A stretch of DNA of 64,000 bases, taken from NCBI RefSeq assembly GCF_009914755.1, contig NC_060928.1, one strand, 5' to 3'. Source of the stretch: the human T2T-CHM13v2.0 reference genome, Homo sapiens. Position numbers and translations under genes: made by a program. The notes under the pieces are model-generated. The model worked only from the letters and a program-made list of their open reading frames with translations. It was not told the origin of the DNA and made no database searches. Below, one piece after another: positions 55,106 through 64,000 of this stretch. Each line of letters opens with the position of its first letter. Position 1 is the stretch's first letter.

Positions 55106-56359
55106 GAAGAGAGCTCCTGAAAGGCAGCGTGGCATCTCTCTTCTACCAACTGGTGTCATTCTTCACAGGATCTAATGATTGAGCACTAATTTACCATTAA
55201 TTTTCAAATCGGCTAATTTATTTTTGAATAATAAAAATAGTCTCTCTTAAAGGTAATGCTATAACATTTAGTTTTATTTTGTTTTTTCATCTTAAATATT
55301 TCTTAAAGAGTTAATACCAATATAAGTGGCATAACTGAAGTTTGGAAGTTATATCTGTAATAAAATATTTATGTGGTACTTTAATATGGAATAACAAGTA
55401 TATCATGCTCAATGAAATACATAAGTTTATATTAAAGAAATTTCATACTCAATACGTTTTTCCTATTTGCATATCCATTCTTCACATTTTTTAGGAAAAA
55501 GGGCAAAAATTACTTATCCACACTAATAAGGGCATCCAATAATAATTATTAGATTAGAAGAGTTCAATAGTAATAAATTATATAACTGTTGATGACAGTG
55601 CTCTAATGCTGTAAAATATTTTTTGACTTAAGCATCTATTCTCCACACTTCCTTCTTTATCTAGAGGTGCTGAGGGCTGGAGCTAGCAGCCATGGAGACT
55701 TTTTAAAAAGGCATAAACAATATTTCAAATATAATAATGATACCATGTAAACTATAATAAATAATCTTAAGTCAAGTTATATATTATAGTACATATCTAG
55801 TTGAATGCATTTTATTTTTATTAGATAGTAAACCAATAAAAACAATGAATTAAAGACTTCATCTGGTCAAAAAAAAGTTTAACTTATAAAATTATTACAC
55901 AGGAAATTATGAAACACCAGCTGTATACATGGGGTAGACATCTTTATTTAAAATGGTTAGTATTAATTGACTGAGCAGTTGCAGATCTGATCAAACCACT
56001 TAATTACTTACTACTTTATCAATAATCAGTTTTCTGCTCTAAAAGAAAAAAATGATATAAAACACATGTTTTAGACACAACTGTTTATAGAATGCATTGG
56101 TTTAGATTTCTTATATATGATGAGCACATAGGAAAGAAGTATCTAGTTATTACTATCAAAATAAATAGAAATCTAAAGAAAATCATTTCTTGCTATAATA
56201 GTTGAGGCTAACAGGAAAATATCTTCAATAAAAATATAAATGATATTGGGTATTTGTATAAAAACAAACTTCATTGTGTATTTAATGACAACATCTATTG
56301 CAAAACATTTTAGTAGAGAGTGATGAATGTAAAATTATAAATATATTTTTGTCACTTAC

Positions 56360-56474
56360 CTCTCTTAACATTTCTGCTTGTACTGGTGGGCTTATCTGAA
56401 GGACATGGGCAATGTCCTTCACATTTGACTGAGATCTGTTTTCCTAAGACACATGCCTGATATTCTAGTTTGCA
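56360..56474 (-). CDS. SPOCK3: Internal coding exon of testican-3 (end of Kazal/follistatin-like domain plus linker to the EC domain), 115 bp, phase 0 start, phase 1 end
   Basis: Minus strand reads ttttttttctctttttatacag|TGC AAA CTA GAA TAT CAG...AAG AGA G|gtaagtgac: 38 codons + 1 nt, peptide CKLEYQACVLGKQISVKCEGHCPCPSDKPTSTSRNVKR (inside ORF 56352..56690). This matches my recollection of testican-3 and differs from testican-1/2 here. Polypyrimidine tract, AG acceptor and GTAAGT donor are all canonical. Confidence 0.93.
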
Positions 56475-57489
56475 CTGTATAAAAAGAGAAAAAAAAAGTA
56501 ATTCAAATGCTTTAGTTATATCAGTAAAACTCAAGAAATTTTTAGAAAGAAAGGTAATTTTTGATGCATATAATTTGGAGATTTTTCCACCAGGTAATAC
56601 GTCTCCAATACTAAAGTGCAATATTACACACTTATGTAGAGTATTACTACTTCGTAAAAGAGGCAGAAATGCAGTTGCTTTGGGTATCATTTTGGTGAAC
56701 AGTCACTGAGAAATATAATAGGTTTAAAAGTCATTCTTAGTTTGTCAGATCTATTATATGACATGAGTAGAACATTTTAGAATCAAATGGAGAGACGCAT
56801 GACATAGAGTTTGACAGTACATCTCTTGAGCTTCTCAAATATAATCTCGGTTTTTGGTTACTTAAGTAAGCATGTCTTCTCTTACTTATTGGACTCTAAG
56901 TTTTGGCTACAGAGACTCTATGCATCAGTCTTTAGCCAGTGACTTGCACAGCATCAAATGGCCCATCTTGTATCCCCCAGGCAAAGAATTGTAAAATATA
57001 TATATGTAAATTGATGTGTTCATTAAATAGTTCTATAGTTACTTGTGATTTTCCACAAACATAGCACCATAGCTCAAACACACATTCATACACATAGAGA
57101 ACAAACATATATATTTACATACAAAATAAACCAAATATTTATGTAGCCTTTATATAATATACTCTGTATGTATATATATTTCACATATATTTTTGGTGTG
57201 ATGATGTGCTTAGTGTCTCTCTAATCCTCGTGTGCAAATGGTTTTTAGACTGAACTTCCCATAGGTCTTACATTGGAATAAATGTGCATTTGTAATAAGA
57301 TATTGTCACATATCTTACGTTTCTACAAGCCCCAGAGTTTATTTCACTTGTTTTACAAAAAACAGTATAGCATGCCTCTCTTCGGTGCTTGTATGACCAC
57401 AGGATTGAAAGCACTTAAGATGGTGATGACAGTGCATTTCTGATTCCACCACACAGGTAATGGAAAAAGATAAATAAGTGGTCTAGAAG

Positions 57490-57690
57490 AGAGGAATGCC
57501 TGAATCTAAATCTTCTGAGTACCATCTCCTAAAAGTAACATTTAGGGCTAGTTGCTCAAATGCTCTCAGCCTCAATTTTCCCATTAAAAAATCTGGGATA
57601 ATGATACCTAATTTCCAGAGTTTTAAGAACCAAACAGCCAGTTTTTCCCCACGCAGTAGCTATCATGAACCAGGCTCTCGGTAAATGCTA
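57490..57690 (+). mobile_element. MIR
   Basis: ctcagcctcaattttcccattaaaaaatctgggataatgataccta. Confidence 0.6.
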
Positions 57691-57892
57691 GTAAAAGCTG
57701 AATACTCTTAAACAATCAAAAATACTATGACACATGATATTTTCATTTGTTGGCTAACTTCTTAGTTTAGTTTTACTTATATCTGGCTTGATTTTCTTTG
57801 TAAACATTACTCCTGGTAGAATTTTAAGCCTAAGTATTTTTCATTTATTTCTAGAATAATATTTTATAACTGTATATTTGACATGATTAAAA

Positions 57893-58378
57893 ATTATACT
57901 CCCAGTTATGTGGTCAATTTTAGAAAAAGTGTGATGTGTTGCTAAGAATTTATATTCTGTTGATTTGGGGTGGAGAGTTCTACAGATGTCTATTAGGTCC
58001 GCTTGGTCCAGAGCTGAGTTCAAGTCCTGAATATCCTTGTTAATTTTCTGTCTCGTTGATCTGTCTAAGATTGACAATGAGGTGTTAAAGTCTCCCATTA
58101 TTATTGTGTGGGAGTCTAAGTCTCTTTGCAGGTCTCTAAGAACTTGTTTTATGAATCGGGGTACTCCTGTATTGGGTACTCATATATTTAGGATAGTAGC
58201 TCTTCTTGTTGCATTGATCCCTTTACCACCATGTAATGCCCTTCTTTGTCATTTTTGATCTTTGTTGATTTAAAGTCTGTTTTATCAGAGATTAGGATTG
58301 CAACCCCTTCTTTTTTTGCTCTCCATTTGCTTGGTAAATCTTCCTCCATCCATCCCTTTATTTTGAGCCTATGTGTGC
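57893..58378 (-). mobile_element. Isolated L1PA ORF2 endonuclease-region fragment (about 490 bp)
   Basis: ORFs MGDFNTSLSILDRSTRQKINKDIQDLNSALDQADLIDI and GVAILISDKTDFK; no 3'UTR or A tail. Confidence 0.92.
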
Positions 58379-60214
58379 TCCATCTTTTAAGAGTCAATAA
58401 TTATCTTCCTACTCTAAAAGAAATAGATCTTGCTAATTCTGAAGTAATATGACTTCTTTGGTGGCTACTGCCATAATTTACTCAGAGAAAATGATTTTAA
58501 AATTAAATAGGGTAGACTTTCTGGCTCCAATCGACAAATGCACCAGTGACTAATTTAATTCAGCTTTAGCTGATATCAAGAAGCACCGAATGCACCCAAT
58601 AGCTAATCAGATTACTCATGTCTCTACAATATTTTTATTTTTTCTTGTCAAGTGACTCCTTAATGGACAGTTGAAATTCTTAACGAGCCCTGCAACAAAT
58701 GATTAAAAATTATTAAGGACTTTGAACATGTTTATAGTAGCATATTCATCCTTTCAAGAGAACACTTTCAATGGTATTGTTATTTTTCATTATTCAATGC
58801 TTCAAAAATTGAAAAAAAAGATTTTGTCAGTAAAATCACAGTGCATTTTTAAATGTAATTTAAAAGTCCAAAATCTATTCGAAGGTAGACATAAATAGTT
58901 AAGCAATTATGAATGTTTTAATGAAAGCCAAATGAATTATAACTTCAAATTTAATATTCTGCACTGTATCTTCTGTTAACTTAATATTTCAGAACCCTGA
59001 ACTTTCTCATATAATAATTCTGATTCATGACATAATTTAAGGAAAGTTCAGGAGCAACTGTGAGTGGTATAGGAGCAGACAAAGCCAAAAGTCAATATTA
59101 ATTATAGCTAATATTACATTTTACCATTTGAATATATGTTTATCTCCCTTCATAGATGTGTTATACCACACTCATTTATGCTTTAAATGTAGTTTATTTA
59201 GTAGTGATTTTTAAAATATAAACAACATAAAAGCCTGGCTAATACTTGAATGAACAACAAACATACAACAACTATTAGTTTATTAATAACAGGAATCATA
59301 TTTTCTGCCCAAAAGTTGATGATTCATTTTTTATATCATTAGGCACTAGGAGAATAACTTACAAGAGAATTACATAATCTTTATAAAAATTTGGTTAATT
59401 CTTCATCAAAATATGTTTCAGCTTGTAGCTTTCTTTGGCATAATTACAATTTAAAATTTCAAAGCTGTCTTTATGATTTTCATGAAATGATAAAATTATA
59501 GCTTTGCAAAAGTTACTTTATATGTGAAATGATTTCAGAATGATTCTACTCAACACCTTTTTTTCTATGCATTTCTATAAAGAATAACAGAATCAGATGT
59601 ATAGCAAATATGCCCTTTGTATATAATCATATGATTTTAGCTACTTTTTATCAGAAAGCTACTTAGTTTTATTTACTTATGAATTAAAATTGGAAAAAAA
59701 TTCCATGGAGAATTTTACTCAAAGAATATTAGGACATTAAAAAATGCTACTTTAAAATATTTTTTAGCTATACCCACTGATTGCATTTCTAATTAATAAT
59801 GTTCAATTTACTTAATTACCACGAAGCTGAAATATTTATAAAGGTATATGTGAACTAAAATATCACATAAAGGGCATGCTCATTAGTCTATAATTACCAA
59901 AAAATGCAAATAATGTAGAGAAAGACATGATTAATGCTTTCCTGATTATCTAAGACCCCGAGTATTGAGATCACTTAAGTTACGAGTTCTTGTGAAAAGC
60001 AAGCCTGCAGAATGATTTTGACACTAGTCACGGAAAGTTATTTTACAGTCATTTGTTTAATAAGAGGATTGAAGAAAATATGATCATATTATTGGAAAAA
60101 AATGCGGCATATGAAAAAGAGCCCAACCTTCAGGGTCAGCAAACACTGCGACAGGCTGTTGTTACCAGCTTTCAAACTGATGAAATCATCATGGCCCTGC
60201 TACATGGCTTAAAG

Positions 60215-60448
60215 CAGAGGTTTTCAGCTGGGGATAATTTCACTCCCCCCTCAAATGTCAAAATTGACATTTGAGACAATTTTGTTTGTCACAACTGGAG
60301 GCAGAAGGGAGAGTGATTGTTTGGGCATCTACTAGTTAGAAGCCAGGAATGCTGCTAAACATCTTACAATGCAAAGGACAACCCCCCTGCCAGAACAAAG
60401 ATTTATCTGGCCCCAAATGTCAACAGTGCCTAGACTGAGAAGCCTTGA
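60215..60448 (+). mobile_element. MER20 (hAT) DNA transposon
   Basis: gttgtcacaactgg-like, ggcatcta, gccaggaatgctgctaaacatc.tacaatgca, ggccccaaatgtcaacagtgcc. Confidence 0.85.
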
Positions 60449-60669
60449 TTAGGCATTAGTCTACTGTAAGGCAATGAAAGGGTTAATTCAATTCTCAAGA
60501 TCCCTTCCATATTTCCCTTAGGAATTTTTTCTTGGGCATTCACTAAAGTAATCCATATAAAATAACAATTCTACAAACCAACTGTCAATAACAATTCTAC
60601 AAACCAACTTAATTATCTAGAGAAACCAGAAAATACAAATCAGCTAAAGCGAGAAAAGATACAGTTGAC

Positions 60670-60850
60670 AATAGCCTACTTTCACTGAGGCACTACTATA
60701 TGTCAAACACTGTGTTAAGCAGTTTAGATGTATTATTCTTTTGATCATAAAAACAAGACATATTTTTACAATAAATTTTTCAAGTGAAGTTTAGAGAGCT
60801 TATGCAACTGATAAAAAAATATAGGGCTGAAATGGGATTCAAGCACTATT
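60670..60850 (-). mobile_element. MIR
   Basis: cactactatatgtcaaacactgtgttaagca...gggctgaaatgggattcaa. Confidence 0.5.
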
Positions 60851-63439
60851 TTATAGTTCTAATGTAGAACAAGTATGTAATCAGCAATAGAAATAGCAGC
60901 AATGTTATTTTCTTATGGTAGCAATACAAATTTTCATTCAAGTGAAAAACAAATCAGAAAATATGGAATGTCATGAGTCACTTTTTTATTCCCCATTTTA
61001 ATCTATCTTGGACTGACTAATGTATTATATTTTTAATGCTCTAAATAGCCAATATCAAAGACATGCTTTGAACTCTCATAAACAGCATTCCTCATATTCA
61101 GCTGTAGCTAACCCTTTCCCAAGAAAACACCGTTCACTAAAGTTCTTCTGATCCCTATTGAATGGTGTTCTCCATTCAAACATAACCACAGGAGGAAATG
61201 AGGACTCCAGCCTTAAATCCATTTGTTCATTCAATCAGGATATATCATTTGCACAAAATGTCTTAATTGCAGCATACATACACACACAGGAAGTTAAACA
61301 TAGTAACAACATTAAAAACCCTCTGCACCACAGTGGACACTACACCATTTTTCTCTTTGTGGAACACTCTACATTTCATCACGGAATAACACCCTGCTTC
61401 GTTGGAGGAGCATTTCCTTTTCTCACCAGAAACTTGACTTCGAAAAACTTCTTTTTATATCACAAAATGTTATATTAATAATATATCATACTGGCCCCAC
61501 CACAGGGAAAAAAAATCTTGTGCCATAGGGCAGGTGAGAGTCATGTTCCTGCTTTCTTAATTCAGTCAGAGGGAAGAGAGGCAAGCCCTTTGCAAGGGTA
61601 ACACTAGAGATGTGAGCATAGGTGCTCCTAGGCAAACTGAAAATGAGAAATGGACCCACAGAGTCCTGAGAATATTAAAGTTCTTAATTCAAGCAGTCTC
61701 TAAGGCTCACAGATATACAAGTTAATTTTTCATTTTACCTTATACTTCAAACTTTAGGCATTCAAAATGGCATCTAGAAACTGGCAATTGTAAAGAACTA
61801 GTTGAATTTAAGCTAACTAAGCTGAGATGAGGAAGTAAGGACACGACAACCCAGGTTAGTAAGTGTGCAATCCTTGTCATGTAGTCACGAACAAGTTAAA
61901 ATACTGCTCCAGTTGGTAACCAGATTAACTGACCAAGGAGAACTTCCGGGAAAAAAAGTAACAAAACCATACCTAACCCTTACCTTACTAAACCCATTCT
62001 CTCAGATGTACTATATCCTCTGGACCAGTATATCTCTAATTTTCCAAACAGGAATTATTAATACGAATATTTTATTTTTCTCCCAAAACTAAACACACCT
62101 CAAAATACTCTGCAAAAATTTCTCATTTGACACAAAGCTCACAATAGCCTGCAGTGGAATATCAGAAAATGCCAAAAAGAAAACAACTGGACACATGGAT
62201 GATCCTAAACTTCAAAATGTAATAAATTTTAAAAATGGAAAGATCAAAAGGCTAGTAGGTTTATCTTATAATAATTTCATTTTATTTGTTTAATTAAACT
62301 TTGTCATTCAAATCAAAATTCTTGTTTGAATTATTCCAGATTAATGTTGCTTTCAATTAAAATAGCTTCAAGTAAAATAAAACCTATAAAAATAGGTTGT
62401 TTAATTATTGGTATGATACATATGATTAATAAAATCATTTTTACTTACTCTTAACTTACATTTTTTATTATTTACCTTAGTATATAATACGAGATTTGCC
62501 AAATAACAACTAAGAGGATTTTTCAAAGAGATACAAGTGTTGTTAAAAATAATAAAAAATAAGATGAGAATAGAAGGTCATGAGTATAGCATTTCAGAAG
62601 AAATTAACTATACAGATATAAATGAGAGTCAATTTTTTAAAAGAATGGGAGTAAGCAAGAAGGGATGCATTGTAAAAAAAGAATGCAAGTAGCGGAAAGA
62701 TTCAGGGCAGAAGGTTAAGTTTAGCTAACAAAGAAAAGACTTTGAATACTTCAAAGTAGTAGATGATTTCAATGGTTACCCAAACATAAAAATACTGAAG
62801 TGTGATAGCTTGTACATACATTTCAATGTCTATGTGGTTTACATAACTAAATTGTTACATTAACTGCTTTAAAATATATAAAATGTGAAGAAATTCCTTG
62901 TTTATTATGCTTAAGAAATACCAAGGGCTTATTTTAAAATATGTACTATTTTTATAACCAAGATACATGTGAAATGATCAATGGTCACCAAACTGTTTTA
63001 TGCACTGGTAGCAACAGTATATTTTGGGATTTCTAAATGAGAAAGATGGGCAAGAGCTGGTGAATTTAGCTTTGGCACAATTATACAAACACATAAAACA
63101 TAGTGTTTCCTCTGTGTAAAGTCTCCCCTTGAGTAAATCTGAGGGATTAACCTAAAAAGCCATGATTTCCTGAGCCCTAAAATGCCCTCTGTTGACTCAC
63201 TTCAAGAAAATGTGTACATCTGACACCAGGGCCCAGATCACACATTTGGGAAGAAGTCCTGGCAATGGTGGCATAGCGAAGAGGAAGGAACTGTTAATCA
63301 GAGCAGTTAGAACATTATTAAGAGTAAGTTTCTATAGGAAAGTGAGTATAAAAAGGAAGAAACATGAGGATAAAGTGAAACAGAGAGTGGGTTATCAATC
63401 TCAGGGGAGAACCCTACACACTTCTGTCTATTGCTTCTT

Positions 63440-63892
63440 AATATGGGAGTCACCAAGGGAAATTTTCACAAGGCAGCCCTGGAAGAAACAATGCTTTACT
63501 CACATCAAGAAGAGACAGAGCAAGATCGGCTTCAGTGTGTTTGTGCCCTGCCCCCACCCATGGCTAATGGACCCTCCAGCAGCTGACACAAGGCAACTGA
63601 TGTGCACCTGTTTCCTGCTGCAGTAGAAGGACCCATCCTCTCTTACATGTAATCTGAAATCCAGAAAGCTTTGGGCCTGCCTGGGGGCCACCGAGGTGCA
63701 TGCTTAAGCAGAACAAAGGAACACTCATTACATTTGAAACAGGAAGAGATACTCCCACACAAGGTGCTAAGCCAAGCACAGGCTGTGTGGCCTCCCTATC
63801 TCTCGGTAAGGATGTGTTCCAGGCTCATGGCCCATCTTTATGTGGATGAGTGGGGGTCAGAAGACTGCACATGAGACTGCCTTCCTCAATGC
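63440..63892 (-). mobile_element. Probable ancient ERV LTR (MER92-like)
   Basis: More GC-rich block with tttactcacatc...agagcaagatc.gcttca; family uncertain. Confidence 0.35.
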
Positions 63893-64000
63893 CAATCCAA
63901 TGTGTCAACATTCTTTGCCGATTGCCTTTTTCCATGTTTGTAAATACTTTCTCCATGAATGAGAAACTTACATTTAGTTATATGTTCAACCAATTTTCTT

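Larger units (their letters stand above)
56475..64000 (-). other. SPOCK3: Intron upstream of the Kazal exon
   Basis: Acceptor AG at 56476-56475 with T-rich tract; no preceding testican exon recognised. Confidence 0.75.

Noticed and set aside
56352-56690. 112-aa ORF as a standalone gene
   Set aside because: Only 56360-56474 is exon; the rest is intronic read-through including the polypyrimidine tract. The overlapping + strand 79-aa ORF is also unsupported.
61158-63626. ORFs of 106 aa (61158..61478) and 144 aa (63192..63626)
   Set aside because: Non-ATG starts, no recognisable domain or splice context.

Overview
AT-rich, repeat-dense hominoid (human or great-ape) genomic DNA, judged from AluY, LTR12 and L1PA2/3-type elements. 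The only recognisable host coding sequence is one 115-bp internal exon on the minus strand (56360-56474). It translates to CKLEYQACVLGKQISVKCEGHCPCPSDKPTSTSRNVKR, which I recognise as the end of the Kazal/follistatin-like domain of testican-3 (SPOCK3), and it has canonical AG/GT sites. The rest of the window is therefore most likely SPOCK3 intron, filled with nested Alu, L1, L2, MIR, MaLR/ERV solo LTRs, DNA-transposon fossils and microsatellites. Nearly all ORFs in the track are repeat-derived or chance. I see no evidence of a new multi-gene system. The most unusual object is a 1.87-kb internally deleted young L1 that keeps both ends, its A-tail and a 16-bp TSD; its deletion fuses ORF1 in frame to the ORF2 C-terminus and its YY1 site is mutated. 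Two transposon promoters (LTR12 and the L1 antisense promoter) point in the SPOCK3 sense direction. Repeat subfamily names come from recalled consensus motifs, not an alignment, and boundaries of older repeats are approximate.
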